Of a DNA stretch of 64,000 nt, positions 40,603-50,353 are shown piece after piece (position 1 is the first letter of the stretch; every line of letters begins with the position of its first letter). The notes below the pieces were generated by a model that saw only the letters and a list, made by a program, of their open reading frames with translations, was not told the origin of the DNA and did not search any database. This stretch comes from a virus, in IMG/VR virus record IMGVR_UViG_3300009183_000050, positions 32,001 to 96,000 of that record. The stretch is one strand, 5' to 3'. The position numbers and the translations under genes were made by a program.

Positions 40603-40637
40603 GAAGTCAGATAAATAAAGTAAAGGAGTAATTTAAA

Positions 40638-41243
40638 ATGGCTTTCAGAGTTCAAGAATTTAGATCACAGATGCAATATGATGGGGCCCGCCCTAATCTG
40701 TTTCAATGTGAAATGACATTCCCCTTCCTCTCTCGTGTAGAAGGGGACCCTCAGAGAAAGTTTACTTTTATGTGTCGTGCGGCTCAACTTCCCGGCACAT
40801 CAATCAATAGTATACCTGTCATGTATTTTGGTCGTGAATTGAAGTTTGCTGGTAACAGAAGCTTCCCAGAATGGACAGTTACAATCATCAACGATGAAGA
40901 TTTTGTTATCCGTAAAGCTTGTGAGCGTTGGATCAATGGCATGAACTCTCATGTTGGCAACCTTCGTGATCCGCAATTTACAAACGGTCAAGGCTCAAGT
41001 AGCCTAGGCGGCGCCGGTCAGATTGCAAGTCTTGGTTATCAACAGGATGGTTATGTCACTCAGTTCGCTAAGACTGGTGATGCTATCAAAGCTTATAAGT
41101 TTGTTGGTATGTTCCCGATTGACGTATCACCAATCGACGTTGATTGGGGTTCAAACGATAATATCGAAGAGTATGCTGTGACATTTGCCTATCAGTGGTG
41201 GGAATCTGATGATGATAATCCTACAACCGACGTTTCCGGTTAA
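40638..41243 (+). CDS. gp19: Tail tube protein gp19
   Basis: 'GARPNLF', 'GRELKFAGNRSFPEWTVTIINDEDF', 'IEEYAVTFAYQWW'. Confidence 0.96.
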   Translation: MAFRVQEFRSQMQYDGARPNLFQCEMTFPFLSRVEGDPQRKFTFMCRAAQLPGTSINSIPVMYFGRELKFAGNRSFPEWTVTIINDEDFVIRKACERWINGMNSHVGNLRDPQFTNGQGSSSLGGAGQIASLGYQQDGYVTQFAKTGDAIKAYKFVGMFPIDVSPIDVDWGSNDNIEEYAVTFAYQWWESDDDNPTTDVSG

Positions 41244-41257
41244 TCATATATAAAACA

Positions 41258-41286
41258 GGGGAGAGTTTTTAGGCTCTCCCCATTTT
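41258..41286 (+). terminator. Intrinsic terminator after gp19
   Basis: Stem ggggagag/ctctcccc followed by atttt. Confidence 0.6.
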
Positions 41287-41302
41287 ATAAAGGTATTTTT
41301 TA

Positions 41303-42961
41303 ATGGTGCAACTCTTTGGCTTCGAAATAGGCCGTTCTAAGAAAAAGCAAGATGATGAGGTCAACAAATCGTTTGTGATTCCACAAAACGATGACGGTGC
41401 GGTGCAGATTCAATCTGGTTCTTATTACGGTACCTATGTTGATCTTGACGGCGTTGTTAGAAATGAAATCGAACTCATCACCCGCTATCGTGAAATGTCG
41501 ATGCAGCCAGAAATGGAAACTGCTGTCGATGAAGTCGTCAATGAAGCTATTGTAAATACCGATTCTGATAAAGGTATTGAACTCAATCTCGATGACTTGA
41601 AGCAACCCGAAGCCATTAAGAAAAAAATTATCGACGAGTTCAATCAGATTCTCAGATTGCTCAACTTTGGTAACATGGGTCATGATATCTTCCGCCGTTG
41701 GTATATCGACGGCCGTCTGTTCTATCATATTATCGTTGAAGATGGTTCAATCTCTAAAGGTATTCAAGAAGTTAGATATATCGATCCAAGAAGAATCCGT
41801 AAGATCCGCGAGATTCAAAAAGGCAAAGACGTTAAAACTGGTATCGAGATCATCAAGAGAACCAATGAATACTATCTCTATAATGAGCGTGGTGTTATTG
41901 GCGCACATTCTAACATGGGCACCAAGATCGCCGTTGATTCTGTTGTTAATGTTAACTCAGGTCTGATGGATGCCAAGAGAGCGATGGTTCTCTCATACCT
42001 ACACAAATCAATTAAGCCTCTTAACCAGCTTCGCATGGTTGAAGATGCGGCAGTTATCTATCGTCTATCACGCGCACCTGAACGCAGAATCTTCTATGTT
42101 GATGTTGGTAACATGCCTACAGTTAAGGCTGATCAATATCTTAAAGACATTATGACCAAGTATCGTAACAAGCTGGTCTATGATTCTAGCACCGGTGAAA
42201 TTAAAGATGATCGTAAACATCTTTCTATGCTCGAAGATTTCTGGTTGCCTCGCCGTGAAGGTTCTAAAGGCACAGAGATCACTACACTTCCAGGTGGTGC
42301 CAATCTTGGTGAACTGGAAGATGTTAAGTATTTTGAAAAGAAACTATATAAGTCATTAGGTGTTCCAACATCAAGACTAGAATCGTCTCAGGGTTTCTCA
42401 CTGGGTCGTTCTACAGAAATTACCAGAGATGAGTTGAAGTTCAATAAGTTCATCAGCCGTCTCCGCAATAAGTTTTCTATTCTATTCGATGATCTTCTAC
42501 GCATTCAGTTAGTTCTGAAGAAGGTCTGCACAGAAGAAGAATGGAATGATTTCAAAGAAGATATCTGGTACGACTTCAAGAAAGACAACAACTTTGATGA
42601 ACTCAAGGAAGCTGAACTTCTTACAAATAGATTGACACTGCTACAGGTTGTTGATCCTTATGTTGGTCGTTACTTCTCGAAAGAATGGGTTCGCAAAAAC
42701 GTTCTTCAATTCAGTGATGAAGATATCATGGAGATTGATGAACAGATTGCTACTGAAGCACAAGATGCTCAGCCTACAATGGATGCAATGGGTAATCCTA
42801 TTGACCCCGCTACAGGTCAACCACTAGCACCACCGGCACAACAAGGAGCGCCTCCTGTCGGTCCAAACGGTCAACCTATTGATCCCGCCACTGGCCAAGA
42901 AGCTCCGCCGCCACCTCCACCTAAGTTTGAAATTCGTGGTAATGAAATGGAAGCCGCATGA
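41303..42961 (+). CDS. gp20: Portal vertex protein gp20
   Basis: 'RRWYIDGRLFYH', 'YRLSRAPERRIFYVDVGN', 'EDFWLPRREG', 'EITRDELKF'. Pro-rich tail with two PIDPATGQ repeats. Confidence 0.97.
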   Translation: MVQLFGFEIGRSKKKQDDEVNKSFVIPQNDDGAVQIQSGSYYGTYVDLDGVVRNEIELITRYREMSMQPEMETAVDEVVNEAIVNTDSDKGIELNLDDLKQPEAIKKKIIDEFNQILRLLNFGNMGHDIFRRWYIDGRLFYHIIVEDGSISKGIQEVRYIDPRRIRKIREIQKGKDVKTGIEIIKRTNEYYLYNERGVIGAHSNMGTKIAVDSVVNVNSGLMDAKRAMVLSYLHKSIKPLNQLRMVEDAAVIYRLSRAPERRIFYVDVGNMPTVKADQYLKDIMTKYRNKLVYDSSTGEIKDDRKHLSMLEDFWLPRREGSKGTEITTLPGGANLGELEDVKYFEKKLYKSLGVPTSRLESSQGFSLGRSTEITRDELKFNKFISRLRNKFSILFDDLLRIQLVLKKVCTEEEWNDFKEDIWYDFKKDNNFDELKEAELLTNRLTLLQVVDPYVGRYFSKEWVRKNVLQFSDEDIMEIDEQIATEAQDAQPTMDAMGNPIDPATGQPLAPPAQQGAPPVGPNGQPIDPATGQEAPPPPPPKFEIRGNEMEAA

Positions 42962-43800
42962 GTAACATCAAGAAGTTCAGCAAGTTCATGAAAGAAGATT
43001 TGACTGGTGCGTTAGTAGAGCCGCAGTCAAACTCATCTGCTGAAGCTAAGAAGATGGGCCTTACATATGTAGGATTTGGTCGTTATACTGACAACACAGG
43101 TCAAGTTACTCATATTGTGCAGAATGATAATTTGATTCCTTTCTCTAAAGCGGTTAAGACCAATTCGTTTAAGCAACTCAGTGGTGATGATTATGGTTCA
43201 TATGCACAGTCTATGCAACCACAAATCAATCAGACACACCAAGATATGACAAGTTCATATCCACCAGAGAATTTTTCTAACGACGAGTTAGATGCTATCA
43301 AGGCATACACTCAGGGTTCATATTATGATATCAATGAAAAACTAGCAACACTACCTACAGGTGTGGCTTCAAATAAGATTCAGCCAGAGTTTGATGGTGA
43401 TAACAGACCTCAAATGATTGCATCTCTAGACTCAGCATTGAGTAAGAGCCAAACACCAGTAGATATGCTACTATACGCAGGTCTCAGCCAAGACTATGAT
43501 CCTCTGAGTCTTAGTGCTGGTAAAAAGTTTACGTTTAAAGGATTTCGTTCAGCAACACTAGACCCAACAGTCGTTCTGAACGGCGATAGCAAGATGGTAA
43601 TGCAGATTAGAGTTACAGCAGGTTCAAACGGAATGTATCTAGATGACTACTCCGCTGTTCCTGGTGAAAAAGAGTTTCTACTACCTAGAGGTTCACAGAT
43701 AAAAGTTATTAGTGGACCTAACAAGATGGTTGGTAGTAATGCTACAACACAGGACTCTAGTAAACAAATTGCATACTATGATTGCCAATTGGTAAAGTGA
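42958..43800 (+). CDS. VIP2/Alt-like ADP-ribosyltransferase-fold protein, probably capsid-packaged
   Basis: 'ELDAIKAYTQGSYYDINEKL', 'LDSALSK', 'KGFRSATLD', 'EKEFLLPRGSQIKV'; N-terminal 'IKKFSKFMKE'. Confidence 0.8.
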   Translation: MSNIKKFSKFMKEDLTGALVEPQSNSSAEAKKMGLTYVGFGRYTDNTGQVTHIVQNDNLIPFSKAVKTNSFKQLSGDDYGSYAQSMQPQINQTHQDMTSSYPPENFSNDELDAIKAYTQGSYYDINEKLATLPTGVASNKIQPEFDGDNRPQMIASLDSALSKSQTPVDMLLYAGLSQDYDPLSLSAGKKFTFKGFRSATLDPTVVLNGDSKMVMQIRVTAGSNGMYLDDYSAVPGEKEFLLPRGSQIKVISGPNKMVGSNATTQDSSKQIAYYDCQLVK

Positions 43801-43808
43801 TATAAATA
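43801..43808 (+). promoter_or_regulatory. T4-type late promoter
   Basis: TATAAATA followed by GGAGG RBS and ATG at 43826. Confidence 0.8.
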
Positions 43809-43825
43809 TCTAATCGGAGGATGAA

Positions 43826-43975
43826 ATGCATATTAAAGAAGCACTCAAGAACATTCTAGACAAAAAGCTAGATACGATGAAAGAAAACTTCAATGCCGCT
43901 TTGACCAGTAAGGCTGTTCAAAAACTCGAAGAAAAGAAGATCGAGATTGCACAGACTTACTTTGGAAAGAAGTAA
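43826..43975 (+). CDS. Small prohead core protein, gp67-like (49 aa, missing from the ORF track)
   Basis: MHIKEALKNILDKKLDTMKENFNAALTSKAVQKLEEKKIEIAQTYFGKK, with late promoter, strong RBS and a position downstream of the portal. Confidence 0.75.
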   Translation: MHIKEALKNILDKKLDTMKENFNAALTSKAVQKLEEKKIEIAQTYFGKK

Positions 43976-43978
43976 GCC

Positions 43979-45817
43979 ATGAAGAAGGTCGGGCAAATCA
44001 GAGAAAACTATAACATCTTGACAGAAAAAGATGATGCGGAGATGCGTAAACTCACATCTCTAGTTCGCGCTGGTTTGTTCGATGCGAAGAAACTACCGAT
44101 GCTCAAAAGAGCATTGAACAAAGACCCTAAAGATATGACACCTGCTGAACGCAAGATACTCATTGAACTACTCGACAGTTTGATGGGTGAGGTTCTTGGT
44201 TCTCAGCAGGTCTATCAGAAGGTCAGACAAGATGTAATGAAGGAAGAACTTAGTGAAGCTAAGACTTCTGACGGCTATCTATCGAAGTATGATCCACGCT
44301 ATGATAAGATGCCTAGTGAAAAACAAATTCCTACTATCATCATTCTAAAGCGTAAAGCCATTCGTATCTATCCAGATAATCAGAAGGTGGCTCTATACTA
44401 CTCTCAGGCCCTCGACAAGTATGTGACTATTCCTTTTGGTACCTTTGATGGCAGTAGTTCGATGAATGAAGAAGTCGAATACTTCTCAGAGTCTCGTGCT
44501 GTAGAGTTAATGCCTGCAAGAGAGAGATTCAAGGCGAAGAGAAAATTACAGATTGATGAATTTTATCAGGCAGCAGCACCTATAGTTGCGCCAGTAATAG
44601 GTGCCGTAGCTAGAACAGCCAGACCAATTCTTGGTCGTTTACTCGGTGGTGCAATGGCAGGTAAAATCGCTAGTGATGCGACAGAAGGTTCATCAGACAC
44701 CAAATCTAAAATAACTAGTATGCTTTTGAAGAAAGATGCTGAAAAAAAGAGCGAATCTGATAGAGAATCACAAAAAGCCAAATCTTTTTCTTTTTTACCT
44801 AAAGAGAAGCCTACTGAAGCTCCACCGGCACAACCTGAACCTTCGAAACCAGTAAAACCTGTTACAGTTCCAGATAAACCGGCTAATGATCCAGGTCATG
44901 ACCCAGCCAAGAAACCTGATTTCAAACCTTTTAAACCTTTAAGACCGGTTAGGGTTCCAAAACCGGCTAATGATCCAAAACAACCCGATAAAGCTCCGGA
45001 TAAACCTGCTCCTGTAGAAACGCCGGCTCCAGCACCGGCTCCTGTTATACCGGCTCCAGCTCCAGTTACACCGGCTCCTGTTATACCGGCTCCAGCTCCA
45101 GTTACACCGGCTCCTGTTACGGCTCCTGTTACGGCTCCTGTTACGGCTCCTGTTACGGCTCCTGGCACTAAAACTGATACAAAAACTCAAACTGATACAA
45201 AAACTAAGACAGATACTAAAACTAAGACAGATACTAAAACATCTAGTCGTCAACCGTGGCGCGAAAGACTTAAACCTTTATTGCCACCATTCTCTTTACC
45301 AGATGTTAACATCGATAAAGGTTTAAGAGATCCTGCTAAGTTCTCATTAGCCGCACACATTAGCAAACCAAAAGGTGATGTTAGAACCGGTGTGCAGCAG
45401 CGTGATAATAACATGTTTAGAAAAAGTCTACAGAACGAAGAAACACCTGCGGCGCCTGCGATCATATATAAGAAAAGAGTTGACCCCGCTAAATTCGGTA
45501 ACATTAGAGTTTCAACTAATAGACCATCCGGTAACACAGACGTTAGAACTGGTGTATCAGCCAGAGATGCTATGATGTATAGAAGATCGCTTCAGCAGAA
45601 TGAAGGTATTCTAACTAAACTAAAGAATGTAACCGAAAATAAAAACTTACATCTTACTTTAGGTGATGATTCAGTTATTATAAATAAAACAGTAGCTAAT
45701 AAAATATTGACAGTTTATGAATCTGTCAGCAAAGAAAACAAAAAGAAGATTGAAGATATGCTGAATGAGAGCGTTGATTCGGTCAAGAAGATCATAAACT
45801 TCGTAGCAAGGCAGTAA
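43979..45817 (+). CDS. Putative internal head / prohead-associated protein with low-complexity linker
   Basis: 612 aa in the head cluster; PAPVT and TKTD repeats; duplicated DPAKF...DVRTGV..RD..M.R.SLQ unit. Confidence 0.6.
   Translation: MKKVGQIRENYNILTEKDDAEMRKLTSLVRAGLFDAKKLPMLKRALNKDPKDMTPAERKILIELLDSLMGEVLGSQQVYQKVRQDVMKEELSEAKTSDGYLSKYDPRYDKMPSEKQIPTIIILKRKAIRIYPDNQKVALYYSQALDKYVTIPFGTFDGSSSMNEEVEYFSESRAVELMPARERFKAKRKLQIDEFYQAAAPIVAPVIGAVARTARPILGRLLGGAMAGKIASDATEGSSDTKSKITSMLLKKDAEKKSESDRESQKAKSFSFLPKEKPTEAPPAQPEPSKPVKPVTVPDKPANDPGHDPAKKPDFKPFKPLRPVRVPKPANDPKQPDKAPDKPAPVETPAPAPAPVIPAPAPVTPAPVIPAPAPVTPAPVTAPVTAPVTAPVTAPGTKTDTKTQTDTKTKTDTKTKTDTKTSSRQPWRERLKPLLPPFSLPDVNIDKGLRDPAKFSLAAHISKPKGDVRTGVQQRDNNMFRKSLQNEETPAAPAIIYKKRVDPAKFGNIRVSTNRPSGNTDVRTGVSARDAMMYRRSLQQNEGILTKLKNVTENKNLHLTLGDDSVIINKTVANKILTVYESVSKENKKKIEDMLNESVDSVKKIINFVARQ
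45034..45240 (+). repeat. Nested tandem repeats (36-bp x2, 12-bp GGCTCCTGTTAC x4+, 18-bp AAAACTAAGACAGATACT x2)
   Basis: Directly visible; all periods are multiples of 3. Confidence 0.9.
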
Positions 45818-45820
45818 GAA

Positions 45821-46336
45821 ATGGCAAACATAGTAAACTCACAAATTCTTGTAGATACCAGCAAGAGAACTCTAATTAGATATAGTATTGTTTCAGATGG
45901 AACTGCGGCCAATAACAGTAATGCAACTCTATTGAATGCTTCTTCTTTGAAAGGCGCACTCAATACCAACGGTTACATTATGACCAGCAATACGGATCCA
46001 AAATCTAACTATAGACTATCAATCAAGAGAGTTTTCGGCGCATCACATGCTGGTGGTTTCTTCAGAATCAAGTGGCAGAGCGATTCTAATAATGATATCA
46101 TGATTTTCCCACGAGGCCCCTTTGACTATAACTTCGAAAGTATGGGTGATGGTGCTGTAATTCCTCAACCAATAAATGAAGCTAATGTCAATGGTAATAT
46201 TCTGTATGGTGCGGTTAGTGGTGCAGCAAATGATGGTTTAACAATCTTTCTTGATCTTCGTAAAGATGCTAGAGACTATGATGCGGGCCAGACAGCGGAT
46301 CCTGTAGCATTCAACAGAGGCAGAGCGGCTCTATAA
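45821..46336 (+). CDS. Hypothetical head-cluster protein
   Basis: 171-aa ORF ending 'DYDAGQTADPVAFN'; TATAAATA at 45679-45686 upstream. Confidence 0.6.
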   Translation: MANIVNSQILVDTSKRTLIRYSIVSDGTAANNSNATLLNASSLKGALNTNGYIMTSNTDPKSNYRLSIKRVFGASHAGGFFRIKWQSDSNNDIMIFPRGPFDYNFESMGDGAVIPQPINEANVNGNILYGAVSGAANDGLTIFLDLRKDARDYDAGQTADPVAFNRGRAAL

Positions 46337-46962
46337 TGAAACAGTTAGTAGAAAAAATCACATCTAAAGATTTTGATCAGGCTAATGATCTTCTCTCAGA
46401 AGAATTGAAAATCATTCTCGAACGCAAGATGTTTGAGATGAAGAAAATGGTTGCGGCTCGTATGGAACAGAATGCACATGATGTGCGTATGAAACGCCTT
46501 CGTATGGATGTTCTTGAAGAAGATGATGATGAATCTTCTGGTGATGAAAGTTCCATGGCCCGTTCAGAACTAACCGCCATCGCAAAAGATGCTAAGACCA
46601 TTATGTCTAAGATAAAAGGCAATAAAGAACTTGAAGCTTGGACACAATCTAAGATAACAAAATCGGCCGATTATATGAATGCTGTTGCCGATTATATGGA
46701 AGGTGATGATAAGCTTGATGAGGCTCGTATCGCTATCATCAAGGCTCGTATTCGCGGCGGTAAGATTCAGCGCCGTAAAAAAGTATCTCTTGTTCCTGGA
46801 ATGACATTACGCGGTGGTAAACTCACTCGTATGTCACCAGCAGAACGTAGAGCCCGCAAGATGGGTGCCAGAAAAGGTGCTCGTAAATCAAGACAGAAGC
46901 AATCTCAGTCATTGCGTAAAAGAAGGCTCTCTCTTATGAAGAGAAAGAGATTGGGAATCTAA
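46336..46962 (+). CDS. Prohead core protein gp68-like
   Basis: Very basic C-terminus 'RIRGGKIQRRKK...RMSPAERRARK...RKRLGI' immediately upstream of gp21. Confidence 0.75.
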   Translation: MKQLVEKITSKDFDQANDLLSEELKIILERKMFEMKKMVAARMEQNAHDVRMKRLRMDVLEEDDDESSGDESSMARSELTAIAKDAKTIMSKIKGNKELEAWTQSKITKSADYMNAVADYMEGDDKLDEARIAIIKARIRGGKIQRRKKVSLVPGMTLRGGKLTRMSPAERRARKMGARKGARKSRQKQSQSLRKRRLSLMKRKRLGI

Positions 46963-46963
46963 G

Positions 46964-47611
46964 ATGAAACTTATTTCAGAAGAAGTATTAAACGTAAGAT
47001 ACCTTGTTGAAGATAATGGTAAAGGCGGAAAAGACCACTTTATCGAAGGTATCTTTATGCAGGCTGAACGCAAGAACCGTAATGGTCGTGTTTATCCACA
47101 CCAAATTCTTTCAAAAGAAGTTGAAAGATACAATCGTGATTATGTCAGTAAGAACAGAGCATTTGGTGAACTCGGTCATCCAGACTCACCAACAATCAAT
47201 CTAGATCGTGTATCACACATGATTACAAGCTTATCACCAGATGGTAACAACTTCATGGGTAAAGCTAAGATAATGGATACTCCAAACGGTAAAATTGTGA
47301 AGAGTTTATTAGACGGCGGAGCCAGTCTAGGCGTATCAACCAGAGGCGTAGGGTCTCTGAAGCCATCAAACGGGTTTCAACTCGTTCAAGACGATTTTCA
47401 CTTAGCTACAGCGGCAGACATTGTAGCAGACCCATCAGCACCAGATGCTTTCGTAAGAGGTATCATGGAGAATGCTGAATGGATTCTCGTTAACGGTAAA
47501 TGGACTCAGCAACATCTCGAACATGCTAAGAAGTTAATCACTGAAGCTAATCGAAATGATGTTGAAGCTGTAGCACTGAAAGTTTTTCATAATTTTATCT
47601 CGAAACTCTAA
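46964..47611 (+). CDS. gp21: Prohead protease gp21
   Basis: 'NRNGRVYP', 'GELGHP', 'LGVSTRGVGS', 'DIVADPSAPDAFV'. Confidence 0.97.
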   Translation: MKLISEEVLNVRYLVEDNGKGGKDHFIEGIFMQAERKNRNGRVYPHQILSKEVERYNRDYVSKNRAFGELGHPDSPTINLDRVSHMITSLSPDGNNFMGKAKIMDTPNGKIVKSLLDGGASLGVSTRGVGSLKPSNGFQLVQDDFHLATAADIVADPSAPDAFVRGIMENAEWILVNGKWTQQHLEHAKKLITEANRNDVEAVALKVFHNFISKL

Positions 47612-47615
47612 GTTA

Positions 47616-47623
47616 TATAAATA
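47616..47623 (+). promoter_or_regulatory. T4-type late promoter
   Basis: TATAAATA followed by AGGAG RBS before gp22. Confidence 0.8.
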
Positions 47624-47648
47624 ATAAAAGGAAAAGGAGTATTCTACT

Positions 47649-48884
47649 ATGAGCAAGTCTCTTACAGATGTAGCAAAACAGATCCTTGCCGAGTCAAATG
47701 ATTCTGCACCAGATCGTGATGCTAATAGCACTACACCACTTAAATCATCTCTACGCCCTAACGCAAAGGCTGTAGAAGGTCGATTTGCAAATCCAGGCGC
47801 AATGGTCGCAACTCAAGGCGCAGCCTTGCTTGACACCGCACCTACAACAGTTCCTGGTGCAACCACTAAGAAAGATACCTCAGCCTCTTCGCAATCACGC
47901 AGAGGTGTTGGCAAGGCGGATGATAAACCTGTTAAGAACAAAGATTCTGCTGAAATCATGGAAGATGATGATTCATATGCTGGTTCTGAAGTAATGGAAG
48001 AAGATTATGAAATTTCTGAAGAACTAGAAGCTTTCATCGCTGAAAAGATGGAAGAAGGTCTTTCAGAAGAAGAAATTGCTGAAGCCATTGACGAAAACTT
48101 CGAACTCGTTTCAGAAGAAGTAGTTGAAGAAGAATCCACAGAATACACAGTAGACATGTCTGAACATGTTGAAGCACTTCTTGCTGGTGAAGAACTCTCA
48201 GAAGAATTTAAAGAAAAAGCTAAGACAATCTTCGAAGCGGCTGTTAAGTCGAAAGTAGAAGAAGAAATTGCTCGTATCGAAGAAGCCTATGCTGAAACTC
48301 TCGATGAGCAAGTAGCACAGATTCAAGAAGAACTATCTTCAAACGTTGATGATTACCTGAACTATGTTGTTGAACAGTGGGTATCAGAAAACGAAGTTGC
48401 TATCGAAGCTGGCCTCCGTTCTGAATTGACAGAAGAATTTATCTCTGGTCTCCGTAACCTGTTCTCTGAACATTACATTGACATTCCAGAAGAAAAGATT
48501 TCTGTTATCGAAGAAATGTCAGAAAAAGTTGCTGAACTTGAAGAAAAACTCAATGAAGAAATTGAACGTAATGTCAATATGACAAAGGCTATCAATGAAT
48601 CAAAACAGTATGAAATTCTTGTTGATGCCTGTGAAGGTCTCACAGATACTCAGGCTGAAAAGATGAAGTCTTTGGCTGAAGGCATCAATTTCAATTCTGC
48701 CGCCGAATTTGCCCAGAAGATCAATATCATCAAAGAAAACTATTTCATCTCAAATGTTAAGTCTGAGAATGTTCTCGACAATAATGAGATTGCCAATGAT
48801 GGTAGAATGATTTCTGAAGAACTCAACGGTCCAATGGCTGCTTATGTCAAAACACTTGGTCGTCAAGTTCCTAAGTCAAAATAA
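47649..48884 (+). CDS. gp22: Prohead scaffold protein gp22
   Basis: Acidic coiled coil with 'LSEEFKEKAKTIFEAAV', 'VDDYLNYVVEQW', 'MAAYV'. Confidence 0.93.
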   Translation: MSKSLTDVAKQILAESNDSAPDRDANSTTPLKSSLRPNAKAVEGRFANPGAMVATQGAALLDTAPTTVPGATTKKDTSASSQSRRGVGKADDKPVKNKDSAEIMEDDDSYAGSEVMEEDYEISEELEAFIAEKMEEGLSEEEIAEAIDENFELVSEEVVEEESTEYTVDMSEHVEALLAGEELSEEFKEKAKTIFEAAVKSKVEEEIARIEEAYAETLDEQVAQIQEELSSNVDDYLNYVVEQWVSENEVAIEAGLRSELTEEFISGLRNLFSEHYIDIPEEKISVIEEMSEKVAELEEKLNEEIERNVNMTKAINESKQYEILVDACEGLTDTQAEKMKSLAEGINFNSAAEFAQKINIIKENYFISNVKSENVLDNNEIANDGRMISEELNGPMAAYVKTLGRQVPKSK

Positions 48885-48891
48885 AGTTTCT

Positions 48892-48899
48892 TATAAATA
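48892..48899 (+). promoter_or_regulatory. T4-type late promoter
   Basis: TATAAATA upstream of gp23. Confidence 0.8.
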
Positions 48900-48941
48900 A
48901 CCAATACGAATATCGTAAGATTTCAAAAGGAGAATACTAAA

Positions 48942-50270
48942 ATGTATCTTACAGAACACCTAGAAAGTAAATGGGCTCCGGTCCTTGACCATGACGGTCT
49001 GAATCCAATTAAGGATCAGTATCGTCGTGCTGTTACAGCAATGGTTCTTGAAAACCAAGAAAAAGCCATGGCTGAAGAATCTCGCCAGCTAAACGAAACC
49101 GCACCAACAAACAACTACGGCGGTGGTAATATTGGTTCATACGATCCAATCTTGATCTCCCTAGTTCGTCGTGCGCTTCCAAACCTACTCGCATACGATA
49201 TCTGCGGCGTTCAGCCAATGACAGGCCCAACCGGCCTGATCTTCGCAATGCGTTCACGCTATGCTTCACAGACAGGCACAGAAGCTCTCTTCAACGAAGC
49301 TAACACTGCCTTCACAGGTACCAATGCTGCCGGCGCTAACGGTAACGTTCGAGGATCATTTGCCAACACAAACCCTGTATATGATACATCTGCGGCCGCG
49401 GTATATGGTGTTGGTGCCGGTATGACAACCGCTCAGTCTGAAGCTCTTGGTGACGTTTCAACAAACATGTTTGCTGAAATGGCGTTCTCAATCGACAAAG
49501 TTACCGTTACTGCAAAGTCACGCGCTTTGAAGGCTGAATACACCATGGAACTTGCACAGGACTTGAAGGCTGTTCATGGTCTTGACGCTGAGACAGAACT
49601 TGCTAACATCTTGTCAACAGAAATCCTTGCTGAAATCAACCGTGAAGTTGTTCGTTCTATCTATCGTTCAGCTACAGTTGGCGCTCAGTATGGTGTTACA
49701 ACTGCTGGTACTTTCGATCTTGACACCGATTCAAACGGCCGTTGGTCAGTTGAAAAGTTCAAAGGTCTTGTGTTCCAGATCGAACGCGATGCTAATGCGA
49801 TTGCTCGTGCAACTCGTAGAGGTAAGGGCAACATCATCATCGTTTCTTCAGACGTTGCGTCTGCTCTTGCGATGGCCGGTGTTCTTGACTACACCCCTGC
49901 TCTTCAGGTTAACCTGAATGTTGATGATACTGGCAACACCTTCGCTGGTACTCTTCATGGTCGTATTAAAGTCTACATCGATCCTTACTTCGGTGGTTCT
50001 GCAAACGGCGACGAACTCTGCACCGTCGGTTACAAAGGTACTTCACCTTATGACGCCGGTTTGTTCTACTGCCCATACGTTCCACTTCAGATGGTTCGCG
50101 CTATCGGTCAAGACAGCTTCCAGCCAAAGATCGGCTTTAAGACTCGTTACGGCATGGTTGCTAACCCATTCGCTACCGTTGCCGGCGACGGTCAGGTTGC
50201 TGACCGCACTACAAATGCTAACAATGCGAACATCTACTATCGCATTTTCCGCATTCGTAACCTTACATAA
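48942..50270 (+). CDS. gp23: Major capsid protein gp23
   Basis: 'GVQPMTGPTGLIFAMR', 'SRALKAEYTMELAQDLKAVHGLDAE', 'FQPKIGFKTRYG'. Confidence 0.98.
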   Translation: MYLTEHLESKWAPVLDHDGLNPIKDQYRRAVTAMVLENQEKAMAEESRQLNETAPTNNYGGGNIGSYDPILISLVRRALPNLLAYDICGVQPMTGPTGLIFAMRSRYASQTGTEALFNEANTAFTGTNAAGANGNVRGSFANTNPVYDTSAAAVYGVGAGMTTAQSEALGDVSTNMFAEMAFSIDKVTVTAKSRALKAEYTMELAQDLKAVHGLDAETELANILSTEILAEINREVVRSIYRSATVGAQYGVTTAGTFDLDTDSNGRWSVEKFKGLVFQIERDANAIARATRRGKGNIIIVSSDVASALAMAGVLDYTPALQVNLNVDDTGNTFAGTLHGRIKVYIDPYFGGSANGDELCTVGYKGTSPYDAGLFYCPYVPLQMVRAIGQDSFQPKIGFKTRYGMVANPFATVAGDGQVADRTTNANNANIYYRIFRIRNLT

Positions 50271-50298
50271 TCAGAATAAGATTATTCGAAAACAAACT

Positions 50299-50326
50299 GG
50301 GCGGGGGAAACCTCGCCCTTTTTTTT
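50299..50326 (+). terminator. Intrinsic terminator after gp23
   Basis: gggcgggg-GAAA-cctcgccc plus a T-run; late promoter TATAAATA follows at 50328-50335. Confidence 0.85.
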
Positions 50327-50353
50327 ATATAAATATGTGAAAGAGGATCTTTC

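Noticed and set aside
45034-45240. Tandem repeats as a possible CRISPR array or origin iterons
   Set aside because: There are no unique spacers; all periods are multiples of 3 and encode a Pro/Thr linker.
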